From the NCBI GenBank assembly GCA_951406725.2, contig OX597828.1, forward strand, positions 60,884,001-60,948,000: a stretch of DNA of 64,000 nucleotides, given 5' to 3'. A model generated the notes under the pieces. The model ran no database searches and was not told the DNA's origin. It worked only from the letters and a program-made list of their open reading frames with translations. Below are positions 1-12,952 of this stretch, one piece after another. The first letter of the stretch is position 1. Every line of letters starts with the position of its first letter. The DNA is from Octopus vulgaris (lineage: Eukaryota). The position numbers and the translations under genes are program-made.

Positions 1-381
1 TTATTCTTTTATTCCTTCACTGGTCTCAGTAATTTGACTGCAGTCATACTAGAGCACCGCTTTTAGTCAGACAAATCGGATCCAAGACTTATTCTTTGTA
101 AGCTTAGCACTTATTCTATCGGTCTCTTTTTGCTGAACCGCTAAGTTACGGGGACGTAAAAACACCAACATCGGTTGTCAAGTGATGGTGGGGGACAACC
201 ACACATACACGCACACACAGATACACGACGGGTTTCTTCCGTATACCAAATCCACTCATAAGGCTTTGGTCGGCCCGAGGCTATAGTAGAAGACACATGC
301 CCAAGGTGCTACGCAGTGAGACTGAACCCGGAACCATGTGGTTGTGAAGCAAGCTTCTTACCACACAGCCACACCAGCGCC
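1..381 (-). mobile_element. tRNA-derived SINE family A, copy
   Basis: Minus-strand head ggcgc.gg.gtggctgtgtggtaag...ggttccgggttcagtc.c has Pol III A/B-box-like motifs. The same body recurs about 11 times in the window. Confidence 0.85.
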
Positions 382-394
382 TATATATATATAT

Positions 395-600
395 GTGTGT
401 GTGTTTATCTCCCTACCACCACTTGACAATCACTACTGGTATGTTTGCACCCCCATAACTTAGCAGTTTGGCAAAAGAAACCGATAGAATAAGTACCACG
501 CCTTAAGAAAAAATTAAGTGCTGTAGTCGCTTCAGTCTCTTCAAGGTGGTGCTCCATCATGACTGCAGTCCAATGACTAAAACAAGTAAAAGATAAAAGA
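395..600 (+). mobile_element. SINE family A, 3' half
   Basis: Contains ccccataacttagc.gtttggcaaaaga.accgatagaataagtac and the ...atgactaaaacaagtaaaaga tail. Confidence 0.75.
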
Positions 601-658
601 TAAACGATGTTAATGAAGCATTGAAATGTAACTGATGATACATTAAAACAATGTATAT

Positions 659-775
<117 letters not shown>

Positions 776-1099
776 TTTGAAAAAAAGGCGTGGGGAAATA
801 ACTGAAATAAAAAACAGAAACGTTTTAACGAAACATGACCTCGTAAAGCACGTTTTTCTCTCCTCTGCTTGCGGGTGACTGATACTACAGTAATGCAGGC
901 ACCTATGGAGCTGAAACTGTCTAAATGTTGCCAGATGCTTATTTTTCAAAGCAATACCTAATAGCTGTACGGTATTAGTCTAGTTAATTATGGCAATTAA
1001 CAGTAATAATAAAAGACAATGGTCAAATTCAGGCATAATAGTAAAATGCAATGATCGGTTTTGAGAAAGAAGCTATTATATGATAATTTCTATGTAATT

Positions 1100-1410
1100 T
1101 TTGAAATCAGTAGGTAAAGATCGAGTCACAGTCCTATATTATTGTTGGGGCTTTGCGGACTATATCAAAAGATATAAGGAGGAATATAACGAAAATGGGA
1201 AGTGGGTGTCCGGTAGAGTTGTTACAAAAAGTTTGCCTCTTTGGTACGACTAGAATCATCAGGAAAGTACAAGATAGTCGAAGAGAATAAATAGCATAGT
1301 ACTGTAGGCTGCAGATAGCGAGTCCTCAACACATGCAAGATTCTAGGGCTTTCAATAAAACCTCAGTTAAAAGAAGAACACTACTACTACTACTACTACT
1401 AATAATAATA
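1100..1410 (+). mobile_element. 3' fragment of an R4/Dong-like RLE non-LTR retrotransposon
   Basis: Translates to ..IIVGALRTISKDIRRNITKMGSGCPVELLQKVCLFGTTRIIRKV, the RLE C-terminus, followed by a short 3' UTR and (CTA)n(ATA)n. Confidence 0.65.
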
Positions 1411-1489
1411 ATGATTGATTGATTGATTCTAGTTTCAGCTTATGAGCTGTGGCCATGCTGGGGCACCGCCATTATTATAATAATAATAA

Positions 1490-1850
1490 GTCTTTCTGCT
1501 ATAGGCACAAGGTTTGAAATTGTTGGGGAGGGGACTAGTCGATTACCCCGAAAAGGTGAAAGGCAAAATCGACCTCGGCGAAATTTGAACTAAGGATGTG
1601 AAGACGGGTGAAATACCTATTTCTTTACTACCCACAAGGGGCTAAACACAGAGGGGACATACAAGGACAGACAAAATTGGATTAAGTCGATTATATCGAC
1701 CCCAGTGCGTAACTGGTACTTATTTAATCGACCCCGACAGGATGAATGGCAAAGTCGACCTCGGCGGAATTTGAACTCAGAACGTAGCGACAGACGAAAT
1801 ACTGCTAAGCATTTCGCCCGGCGTGCTAACGTTTCTGCCAGCTCGCCGCC
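1490..1850 (-). mobile_element. SINE family B with internal duplication
   Basis: Head ggcggcgagctggcagaaacgttagca.gccgggcgaaatg...ttctgagttcaaattccgccgaggtcgactttgcc; the aaagtcgacctcggcgg block is present twice. Confidence 0.82.
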
Positions 1851-1886
1851 TTAATAATAATAATGATAATAATAATAATAATAATA

Positions 1887-1949
<63 letters not shown>

Positions 1950-2249
1950 GTGATGAAGATGATGATGACGATTTCTTTTATTGGCCCCAAGAGCCCAAAA
2001 CATGCAGGACAATATCGAAGGATGACTTACAGCACACAAAAAAGCACCACAAAACAAAAATTACAAATGCATGTAGGGTTAACATCAATCAAGGGGAGAT
2101 ACAACCACATTAAAGGATATAACAGGGGATATATAATTGAGAGGAGAGAAATAAAGAAATATAGATAAATAGAATTTCTAATACCGGGGCGGTCCACTTA
2201 GGGTAATCTGCGGTGTACCTCATAGTAATAATACGGAAAAGAAGTTAGA

Positions 2250-2688
2250 AAATAATAGACCGGACATAACAGTTATACATAAGGAAAAGCGAAGTTGCTT
2301 AGTAATCGACCCATCATGCCTGTTTCATTCCAGGATCATAAAGAAAGAAGTCGAAAAACGTAAAAAAAACCCCAAAAAATACAATCTCATAAAATTTGAA
2401 ACAAGAAGAATTTGGCTTATGAAATCTGTAAAGGTTGTGCCTAAAATAAGCGGTGTGTTGGGAACAGTAAGCCCACACTAAGACAAATAGCTGCAGGATA
2501 TTGGAATAAAATGCCCCGTAGAGTTCCTATAGAAAGTTTGTCTCTTAGGTACTGCAACGGTTACCATTGGGGTTCTAAGCACTTGAAAGACAACTGAAAA
2601 CTTGTGGATACTTACGGTTACCCACTACCCATATAAATCCTATCAGGAATAAGCCCGAACCTGAGTCAAACCAAAATAATAATAATAA
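2250..2688 (+). mobile_element. 3' fragment of an R4/Dong-like RLE LINE ending in (AAT)n
   Basis: RPDITVIHKEKRSCLVIDPSC..., then VKVVP.ISGVLGTV...CPVEFL*KVCLLGTA (PD..D restriction-like endonuclease), a 3' UTR and aataataataa. Confidence 0.72.
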
Positions 2689-2898
2689 CCCTTTCCACTA
2701 TAGGCACAAAGGCCTGACATTTAGGGGGAGGGGTTAAGTCGATTTCATCGACCCCAGTGCTCAACTGGCACTTAATTTATCGACCCCGAAAGGATGAAAG
2801 GCAAAGTCGACCTCGGCAGAACTTGAACTCAGAGCATAAAGACAGACGAAATATCGCTAAGCATTTTGCCTGGAGTGCCATTCTGTCAGCTCGCTGCC
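2689..2898 (-). mobile_element. SINE family B copy
   Basis: Same head and body as 1490-1850. Confidence 0.82.
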
Positions 2899-2918
2899 TA
2901 TAGTAATATTATTATTAT

Positions 2919-3467
2919 TGAGTGAGAGAGCAGTGCATGCCATCAAAGTGACACTGGGGTAAAATATACGAAGCCCAGTATACCCATCATGACTACCTGT
3001 CTGATAAGGGTATACCAGGCACATGCATCACAACCATATGTGCGCGACATGGTGATCTCATATCAAGATAAACAGCACATGACCTTGCAGGTGGGGCCCA
3101 GTTAGAATTTTCTTCTGGTCGAGTAGCCCATCCCGCTCAAAAGGTCCCTGAATAAGGGTTGTTTAAGAATGTTGAATGAAACACCAATGTTTCCAGAGGT
3201 GAATTATTCAAACCCCAAAGAATCCCTCTCAACACATGGCTATGATGCTCCCCCACTACTTCTGCTCGTGATCAGAGATGCACATATCATCAGCCACTAA
3301 GGGACATGGTCAACTGGTTAAGGTCAAACAATTGACAAGCAAATCTGTGGTATTGAGCAGAATATTTGCTGTAGCACATCTTTTACACCAAGACAAAACA
3401 ATGTACATGATAACACTTCCAATCAGTTAAGATCAGAAGCCATGAGAGCCATTGCCTGGTACTGCTA
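2919..3467 (-). mobile_element. About 550-bp non-coding interspersed repeat, family C, near full length
   Basis: Inverted partial copy at 3558-3887 and another copy at 35088-35551; all abut AAT/ATT-type trinucleotide tracts. Confidence 0.8.
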
Positions 3468-3471
3468 GTAT

Positions 3472-3533
<62 letters not shown>

Positions 3534-3557
3534 CAACAACAACAACAACAACAACAA

Positions 3558-3887
3558 CGCCCTGATGCTGTACCAGGCAGTGGCTCTCATGGCTTCTGAT
3601 CTTAACTGACTGGAAGTGTTATCATGTACATTGTTTTGTCTTGGTATAAAAGATGGGCTTCAGCAAATATTCTGCTCAATATCACACATTTGCCTCTCAG
3701 TTGTTTGACCATAACCAGTTGAGCATGTCCCTAAGTGGCTGACGATATGTGCATCTCTGATCACAAGCAGAAGTAGTGGGGGAGCATCATAGCCATGTGT
3801 TGAGAGGGATTCTTTGGGGTTTGAATAATTCACCTCTGGAAACATGGGTGTTTCGTTCAACATCCTTAAACAACCCTTATTCAGGGT
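3558..3887 (+). mobile_element. Family C, 3'-truncated copy
   Basis: Reverse complement of about 3147-3467, separated from it by (AAT)n(AAC)n. Confidence 0.8.
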
Positions 3888-4290
3888 TGATCCTCTTACA
3901 TTTTTCTTTCTATGGTGGGTGCGGTGGTGAACTTGGAGGGCTCGAGTTGGAGCAGTTCCTGTTCAAGTGACTATCTATCTATTGTATTCAGAGAAGTGTT
4001 TGTACCAGTGGATGACTTTGCGACCCCAGGTTGGCTCTTTCCAGGGGACACGCTTCCAGGTTAACCGTAGGACAAGCGATTTGGTATACTGTTGTAGTTT
4101 TCCTCTTTGTTTCGTAAGACATATTTGTGCTGCATTAAAATTATTAGTATTGACTATGTGTGCCAGATGTAAAGTTGTTGTCTCTGCCACTGTTGTCAAC
4201 TCTGCCATTAATACCGTTACAGTTACCTTAACCTTGCCATTAAAGCATTGTTCATCGTCAGTTACCACCAATAGTGCCTTGATCTGCACA

Positions 4291-4346
<56 letters not shown>

Positions 4347-4363
4347 CATCATCATCATTATTA

Positions 4364-5022
4364 AGGAGGTGAGCTGGCAGAATCGTTAGCGCGGTGGGTA
4401 AAATGCTTAACGGTATTTCGCCCGTCGCTACATTCTGAGTTCAAATTCCGCCGAGGTCGACTTTACTTTTCATCTTTTCGGTATCGATAAAATAAGTACC
4501 AGTTGAACACTGGGGTCGATGTAAGCGACTCTCCCTCCCCCAAAATGGCTGTTCTTGTTTCCAAATTTGAAACCATTCTTCTTCTTCTTCTTCTTCTTCT
4601 TCTTCTTCTTCTTCTTCTTCTTCTTCTTCTTCTTCTTCTTCTTCTTCTTCTTCTTCTTCTTCTTCTTCTACTTCTTCTTCTCATTATTAAGGCGGTGAGC
4701 TGGCAGAAACGTTAGCATGCCGGGCGAAATGCGTAGCCGTATTTCGTCTGCCGTTACGTTCTGAGTTCAAATTTCGCCGAGGTCGACTTTGCCTTTCATC
4801 CTTTCGAGGTCGATAAATTAAGTACCAGTTACGCACTGTGGTCTCGACTTAATCCGTTTGTCTGTCCTTGTCTTTGTACTCTGAGTTCAAATTCCGCCGA
4901 GGTCGACTTTGCCTTTCATTCTTTCGGGGTCGATAAATTAAGTACCAGTTGAAAACTTGGGTCGATGTAATCGACTCATCCCCTCCCTCAAAACTGCTGC
5001 CCTTGTGGAAAATTTTGAAACC
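4364..5022 (+). mobile_element. Two tandem SINE family B copies (4364-4574; 4691-5022 with internal duplication) separated by (CTT)n
   Basis: Heads gg.ggtgagctggcagaa.cgttagc and tails ...aaatttgaaaccatt. Confidence 0.85.
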
Positions 5023-5049
5023 ATTATTATTATTATTATTATTATTAGC

Positions 5050-6635
5050 TTTTTCTCTTTCCTTCAACTTTGTTTCCATTTCTTCCCGAGTATCTTTCCG
5101 ACATCTACTGCGAAAAAAAACCTCACTGTATTTATTGATAGGTCAGTAAAATAGAGCCACCAGATTGTTCATTTACAAATTCATATAAAATTATGTAGAA
5201 AAAAAGTTATTTATATAGAAGTTAACCGTTCTCACAGCGAAAATGCTCTACTCAATACCTGTAACGTACCACTTAAACAATATTTCACTTCTTACCGCGA
5301 TGGTACGTCAGAGATATTTTCATAATTTTTATTTTTTATCATTACTAGTGCTCCTACAATAACTGGTATTGTAATCGCCTTGAGATGCCACAGTTTTTCA
5401 ATTTCAATGAGCAAATCTTTATAATTTCTGAGCTTGTGAAATTCTTTTGCTGAAATATTATGATCACAAAGGATACTTGTGTCAATCAAGAAACAGATTT
5501 TACTATTTTTGTCCTTCACAATATCCGGTTTATTAGCTTTGATGGCTGATCTGTATGTACTGGAAAGTTCCAAAGTATCGTTACCCGGTTTCCCTCAGTT
5601 ACAGTCTTGGTGCGATGCTTTTACTACTTGTCGACAGTTGTGATTTTATAATTCGGACAGCGTTGATATTGGCCAATGCACCCATGCCTTGATTTATACT
5701 CTTCTGGTGCCAAAACTTTACATCTGGAGATTAAGTAGTCTACTGTTTCAATCTCCTCATTGCAGAATCGATATTTTATTCTACTTCATTTTTCATCACA
5801 CTGGTTTGGTAGTTCCGGATCAATAAGATTTAATCTTGAGCAGCAAAGATGAAGCCTTTGCCCTCTACCTTTAGCCCTGAGTTTCGTAGCCACTTATGAG
5901 TGGCCGGTCAATATCAACTTGTTTGCTACGGGCCACATATTTGCCACGCGGAAGTTTCTGCTCTCACCTACCGGCCAATTGACTATGTACTTTTATCTTT
6001 GTCATTAATTTTGATTTTTTTTTGCTACCACAGTTGCCACATTTCCCTCAGGCTGTTCAACCTGAATACCATTAATGAAATCAATTGCGCATTTTTTGCT
6101 CTCCTTTAAGATAGAATGAAGCTTCTTACACTTCTCTGATTTGCAATGAGTTTTAGCATACAGTCATCAGTTGTTTTAAGATATTTGGCCAATCCAATTG
6201 TGGTGGTTTTGTAAGAAGTTAAAACTGGATCAAGCATCGACCATCTTGGGCTCTGTAAAGGTAGAGACAATCCACATCTGCCTTTGGGTGGTGCATCAGT
6301 AGCTTACGTATTTTCTATCAATTTTCCTTATTATACATATTTTTCAGTTCAACACATTGAAGCTATAAGTAACAATTGAAACTGCTAAGGCATTTATGGC
6401 TAACATCTTGTTATAGATATTTAATTCAGATTTCAGAACAGCTCGTTCTCTCCTATTAAGTGTCTGTCTGATCTTTTTTTTTTCATTCCTACATGCTTCG
6501 TTCATTCCTAGATATTTATAGGTTTGTTCCTGTTCAAGTTCTTTTATAACTGTGTCAATAGCTAACACGGCTGGATTTGAGATTATCAATTTCCTTTTCT
6601 GGCCTTGGCACACTTATCGAGACCAGACTCCATCC
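5050..6635 (-). mobile_element. 5'-truncated R4/Dong-like RLE LINE (end of RT, CCHC, RLE, 3' UTR)
   Basis: QTYKYLGMNE, SELNIYNKMLAINALAVSIVTYSFNVLN, ANKPDIV.KD..CFLIDTS..DHNISAKEF.KL..YKDLLIEIEKLWHLKAITIPVIVGAL. The 3' end abuts (ATT)n. Same family as 56790-58260. Confidence 0.85.
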
Positions 6636-6779
6636 CTGTTTTGCTTGTAAAAATTGTTTCTTTTCTTAGACCTTCGTATTCTTCGATCTTTTGCTTGAAA
6701 CTCTATGTACAGTGTCCGAACACTGCCTGACTTGTGAAGTTATGTCAAACACCTGTCATCTATAAGACAGATCCAGTTA

Positions 6780-7025
6780 TCGGATTACTTCAAAGTGAAG
6801 ATCGCCCCGTCGTCTTCCTTTGGTGGACGTGACTGAGAAGGCTTGAAGGCAAGCATTTTCCTCTTCGGCCAAGGCCTCATCAACTTTTTCAGATTATACT
6901 TGGAAAACAGAGTGAACTTAGAGAGGGAGGTGCTGTCTCCCGGTAAGTTTGTTGAAAGGTGGATGAATATAGCGAGGATGGCTCGAGTAAGTGGACCTAC
7001 TTTAAGCATGTGCCTGTAGACTGAA
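6780..7025 (+). mobile_element. 3' end fragment of an L1/Tx1-like LINE ORF2
   Basis: Translates to LEREVLSPGKFVERWMNIARMARVSGPTLSMCL*, which resembles a LINE ORF2 C-terminus. Family assignment is from memory. Confidence 0.45.
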
Positions 7026-8065
7026 ATTTACTGAGAGGAGCACTTACCATGGTGCACCTGGTGAGTTGTCTTTTTGGGTGGGAAATTTCGTGTGAGTTGT
7101 GTGAATGGTATGATGAGTTTCAGTGTCAGGCAGTGATTGACTAGTATAAGTGACGTGCAGTTTGTGTTGAATTAATGAGCTGCAACAATACACACTATGA
7201 GCTGCTAATGTTAAATAATGCAAGAGTACATGTATTATTTTATTAGATGTCATTCGTATAGATTCGTATGTGTTGTATGAATGGTTTTATTTTCTTAAGT
7301 CCTTATTGTTGTATAAGGATGTACAATAAGCAGAGAGTGTATTGCTTCAGTTTTGTTAGTCAATTGAATGTAACTTGGCGTAAGATGTGGTACATATCTA
7401 ATGACGCCAGGGAGAGGAATACCTGTGTAGGTATGGTGTGTATATTTCTATTTATATTTTTTTATGAAACCTAATGCGCCTATTATATTTGCTTTCATGA
7501 TTCACCCATTGTACTTCCATTTGAAGCTACTTGTATTTTTACATTTTTTACCTTCTTTTTTGGCAATGTTTGGGTGAGAAGGTTCGAGATGTAAAACAAT
7601 GTACAGGTATTTTGTTCTTTGCCTGAACTCTTTAGTTAGTTTGAAGAGGCATGTATCATGTCCTTTTGACCATGTAACGTGTTTGCTACATGCTTATACA
7701 TGTCCACTTTCATTTTGAAGTTTTGGCACATTGACCAGATGCCATATCTACAAACTCTATAAGCTTGCGAATATATCCGGATTTGGCAAGGATTTAGAAC
7801 TCGGACTTTATGTTCTAAATTGTCTCTTTGTCAGCACTTAATGTTAGCATTTCTTTCACTTTGTTATTTCTGTTGTTGTTTGTCACAAAGCATTGGTCTT
7901 GTGTAACTAGATTCAGATCTGTTGCTCTTATTTTTGAGACCTTTTTGGCTTTTGTTCTAGTATATATCCTCTCTTTCGATTTTCAAGAGACCTTGGCCAT
8001 AGAAAGTCACATGTAAATTTGATTGAAGAGGGTAAAAGAATTTAAGGTTAATGCGAATATGAATT

Positions 8066-8488
8066 ATTCTTTTGTTCTGTTATTCTTTTACTTGTTTTAG
8101 CCATTTGACTGTGGCCATGCTGGAGCACAGCTTTTTTTTGTCGAAGAAATCGACTCCTGGATTTATTCTTTGTAAACTTGATACTTACTCTATCGAACAC
8201 TTCTGCGGAACTGATAAGTTACGGGGATGTAAACACACCAACATCGGTTGTCAAGTGATGGAGACGGGAACTGACAGACACAAACACACACATATAAATA
8301 AATACATATACACATATATACATATATATAATAGGTTTCTTTCAGTTCCCATCAACCAAATCCACCCAAAAGGCTTTGGTCTGCTCGAAGCTATAGAAGG
8401 AGACACTTGCCCAAGGTGCCACACAGCGGGACCGAACCCGGAACCATCTGGCTGGGAAGCAAGCTTCTTTCCATACAGCCACTCCTGC
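8066..8488 (-). mobile_element. SINE family A copy
   Basis: Full head-to-tail match to the other family A copies. Confidence 0.85.
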
Positions 8489-8750
8489 ATCTGCAAAACA
8501 AACAATTTATTTACTGCAGTACATGTGTACAATACAATGAGAACTATATCGGCCAAACAAGAACAAAATTAAGGAACCGAGTCAGACTACATAAACAACA
8601 AATTAAGAATCCACCCTTAAGTAATTTCCATATAGAGAATATAGGAATATTTATGCGCATAGGAAATTTAAAGTATTCCTTTTTCAAAATGAAAGAAGAG
8701 TATTGTTAATTACAGAAGATAAAAAAGGAATGTGTTATAAAGATTTTCAA
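8489..8750 (+). mobile_element. Penelope-like GIY-YIG endonuclease fragment
   Basis: KQFIYCSTCVQYNENYIGQTRTKLRNRVRLHKQQI fits the (G)IY-YIG-T...R...H pattern of PLEs. Confidence 0.75.
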
Positions 8751-8988
8751 TGTGGTGACTGTCGTCACTGTACATTAATACTACTATACAGATAACTTTA
8801 TACCATGTGTGTTTGAAAAGCTGGAGATAGCAAAAGTCCATTCATAAAAATCTTCTTCTGTCAGGTCTGATTTAGCGACTATTTTTAAGGATTACTTTTA
8901 ATTAATAATTTTTTAATTTACAAAATTTTTTTCAAATTTTGTGAATATATCAAGAAAATTTCCTTCATTTCTTTACACTCACACACTT

Positions 8989-9021
<33 letters not shown>

Positions 9022-9119
9022 TAGACACACACACACACACACATGTATGTGTGTATATGTGCATGCGTGTGCGTACGTGCGCGCGAATGTATGTCTTTAT
9101 TCTGTCTGTGATTATTTAA

Positions 9120-10480
9120 ATTCTTCCTCTGAGGAAGGAGCTGGTTTCTGACAAAGATAAAAAGTTCTATCGTTGAAATGTAAATAACGAAAGCAATGTC
9201 ACATTTTAAACATGAGAAAAGTTTTGCATAGTTTTACGGTTCCTCTTACAGATTGTATTAGTAATGTGCGAGTTGACTGATTTCTTTTTCTGAAAACCCT
9301 AGCTTATCCAGATTGTCATTTAGGTATTTACTCACAAAAACAAGTGCGCCAATGACTATTTGTGTAAATGTTAGTTTAAAATCTGAATTTGAATAAGGAA
9401 GCTAGAGGTTTCGAAGTAATTGTCCGTTATAATCCTATTTCTCTTTGATTTTCAAAGAGATATTCACATCAGCAGGACAGCTGACCTCTATGATGGTACA
9501 TACTTTTTCTTGTCTGTCCCACACAAAAAATATCCAGCTTGTTCTGCTTACACTTGACAGAGGTTTTCATGGGAATGTTCCGCCAGTATTCCTTGTTTAG
9601 ATATTTGTGTGTATAGTCAATAACAGAGGGATTCTTTATATTTATTCCAGGACAGCCTCTTTGTCTGAATGTCATTATATATTGATTTGTGACACTGTCG
9701 TATCGCATAAGGAGATAATACCTTGATAACAATTTTGGGTAGCTGTAGGATATCTTTCATAGAGATATGACATAATATACATTTTCAGTTGCATCTTGGA
9801 GCTCCAAGTGCTTCACTGTCTCTTTCATTTATTAGGTATTTCGTAACAACCTCCTGTTCTTGGATTACAAATGCACAACTTTCGAGGTGACGTGATGTAG
9901 CGGTCACGAATTCTAGAGAAGCTTCGTTTCATGTCGATATTACTGTCTTCTTCAAATCTTCAAGTCTTCGGGAAACATACCTATGCATAGTCTTTTTGGG
10001 ATATACTGAATATTTCACATCCAGTCTTCTTTGAGGTGTTAGTCAGGCTATTTTGGGTTTGCATGGGAGGTCATGAAGAAGTGATTACTTTCTGGGGATC
10101 TCGCTGCTAACGCGTAGAATATTATTCTCTTCACTTTTCAGCACCAAGTTAATGTATTTACTTTTGCAGTGGTGTCTGAGAGAGACTATACGAATTTGAA
10201 GTCTGTCTGCACTAATCTCTAGCCTCTACTTTCTTAATTTCTTCTTAAGTAAAACCTAAGAACAGGTAGAACACTATTTCAGTGGAGATTTCTAGTTGAT
10301 GTCATTACAGTGCGTGTTTTAACGTCTATGGAGTGAATTTCCTCTACAGACCAGCCAAATATCCTAAATATTGGAATCAGCACTATTTCTGAAAATACAT
10401 TGTGGGATATTGTCTTGTAAAAGGAGAGTTTCGGCTGCCATATATTTTTATAGTTCGGGCATAATATTCTCGGGTCACAT
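9120..10480 (-). mobile_element. Degenerate RLE-type (R4/Dong/NeSL-like) LINE
   Basis: KEYWRNIPMKTSVKCKQNKLDI, then after a frameshift VCTIIEVSCPADVNISLKIKE..., IVIGAL. Many stops. Confidence 0.65.
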
Positions 10481-10629
10481 GTATGTATGTCACTATTCAA
10501 TTTATTTCAAGATTTCTTGCCAATAGAGAAAGAATCATTTTCTAACCTAGATCATTGGAATTTCAGCATCAACAGCAAGGTATTTTCGTTTGTATATATG
10601 TATGTGTGTTGTCTGTCTGTCTGTCTGCC

Positions 10630-10672
<43 letters not shown>

Positions 10673-11351
10673 ATGTATGTATGTATGTATGTATGTATGT
10701 ATATTAAAAGGGTGATAGCAATGTCTAAGCTACAGAAGTCTTAGATCTTGAGTTAGTGTCTCTTACATGTATTCGTCATTGAATATGGTTCTTCATTTTC
10801 TATACTATATATATATATCCATTAAATATTGAGGTTCTTAAGAAGTATTTTGTGTTTTTATTTATAAATGTATTTACAGCTGGTATTCTTTTATAAATTT
10901 CATTACTAAATGTTGTTATTTAGTTTAAGTCAGGTTTGATCAAATACAGTGTTCAAAGGCGTCTCAGTTACAAGCAAAGTGGGCTTTTTTTTATGTATAG
11001 TGAGTTTATGACTACCTTATCTACCTTATCATTTAAGAAGGATGGGTTCTACTGAAGTTGCTGTTGTAACTCTAAATATTGGTGTGTGTATTTATTCACT
11101 CTACCTCAGCCATCATTTTATGCAAGACAAACCCTCCCTGTACCGAATTTTCTAAAATGATAGTGTCCAGTAGAAGAATATTGATTGCAACAAGTAAAGT
11201 TTACCTGGTGTTACTACAGAATGTGAGAATGTAACTTAAAATGTTTGATGAATGTTTAACCTTATAACAATCTCTCTCACGTTTAAGCCATTAATCTAAT
11301 ACTGAATTTTTCGTTTCTCTCTCTCTCTCTTTTTTTTTTTTCTTTTGGAAG

Positions 11352-11816
11352 GTTGTTGCAAAGGAAATGAAAATGCAATGTCGCTGTCATGGAGTGTCAG
11401 GATCATGCGCGGTGAAGACTTGTTGGCGAAGTCTTCCAATGTTCCACGAAATCGGAGCACGTCTCAAGAAATTATATGAAACTGCCGTGATCGTTGTGTC
11501 CCGTTCACGGAAAAAATTACGACGTCGTGACAAAACTAAGCGCCACTTGCCTATTCCCAAAGACAAACTTGTGCATATGCACCGTTCTAGAAATTACTGT
11601 CGAACCGATCCGAGCCGTGGTATAACAGGCACAAGAGGACGCCTATGCAACAAGACACTCGACGGTCCCGGAAGTTGCAGTCTTCTTTGTTGTGGTCGTG
11701 GTTACAATACGCAAGTAGTACGACACGTCAATCGATGTCACTGTAAATTCCATTGGTGTTGCTTTGTCACGTGCGAATCATGTGAAAGTATGGTAGATGT
11801 GCATACGTGCAAGTAA
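11352..11816 (+). CDS. Wnt16: Final coding exon of a Wnt16-family ligand; upstream exons not found in this window
   Basis: A long pyrimidine tract and AG acceptor (11350-11351) precede in-frame VVAKEMKMQCRCHGVSGSCAVKTCW (Wnt signature with the lipidated Ser). The full C-terminal Cys pattern follows: CNKT..CSLLCCGRGYNT.VVRHV.RC.CKF.WCC.V.C..CESM.DVHTCK, stop TAA 11814-11816. The basic linker KKLRRRDK..R.LPI.KD.L and the ending CESM.DVHTCK match vertebrate WNT16 as I recall it. Confidence 0.93.
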   Translation, partial: VVAKEMKMQCRCHGVSGSCAVKTCWRSLPMFHEIGARLKKLYETAVIVVSRSRKKLRRRDKTKRHLPIPKDKLVHMHRSRNYCRTDPSRGITGTRGRLCNKTLDGPGSCSLLCCGRGYNTQVVRHVNRCHCKFHWCCFVTCESCESMVDVHTCK

Positions 11817-12030
11817 TAAGGCACAATGTATGGAAGACAACAACAGATTAAGAAATTATAATGACAATTGTTATCACAATTATAACGCTTTTGTTTACAT
11901 CCACAAAAGTTCAGACATTTCTTGGAGAGAGCTATTATAGATACAGTCAATTCTAGTATATAACTGTTACATGTTTTAATTTAAAGACATATTTCTTAGA
12001 TAAAAGCATTTATACATACTTATAAATATG

Positions 12031-12162
<132 letters not shown>

Positions 12163-12407
12163 TGTATGTATGTATGTATGTATGTATGTCGTCAGTGCAT
12201 CATATACCTGAAAAAGAAGCACACTCTAAAAGTTAGTGTAGTAATGTAATTACAAGTTATATTTATGTCTGGACATATATCTCTAGACAGTACACATGCA
12301 AATATATATATAAGATCATCAACAATTTAGATTCAAATGAATATGGTACTTAATTTAGATGCACCAGAATTTTGTATGGTGTTACCCATAAAAATTTGCG
12401 GGGTGAT

Positions 12408-12952
12408 TATAATAAAAAATAAGCAACAAGAATGATTCCGGTAATTTGGTACAATTGTATAAATAAGTGATAGTTTTGTTTCCCTTACCCTTTGTAAAAG
12501 AATTTAATGATCTCTCGACACTGACCTAGTTTACTTCTCACCACATAGAAAAATTGGCTTTTTGTTTAGTGACAACCTGAATTCCTTTATGGAATTCTGA
12601 ATTCCTCCTCTTTCTACAACCAACTTGAATTCCTTTTATGGTATTCTAAAACCTTCCCTTACCCTCATTCCTAAAACTAAAAAATTCGTATAGCAGTCAG
12701 TTGCAAGCAGAGTTTTGGTCAGTTAGCATCTGAACCTCATATGTTCCTAAAATTTATATCTGCATCTTTATCTGTATATTTACCTTCCCTAAAATGTTAC
12801 TACTTGATTTGAAAGCTTTTATATTATTGGAAAACCTATATAAATTGACTGAAGATTACTCAGCATCTTAAATATTTACAGCTTTTAATAAAATGTTGTA
12901 GTATGAAACAATTGTACCAAATTACCGGAATCATTCTTGCTGCTTATTTTTG

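Noticed and set aside
7050-8050. Possible decayed retroelement coding sequence
   Set aside because: No motif clear enough to assign a family.
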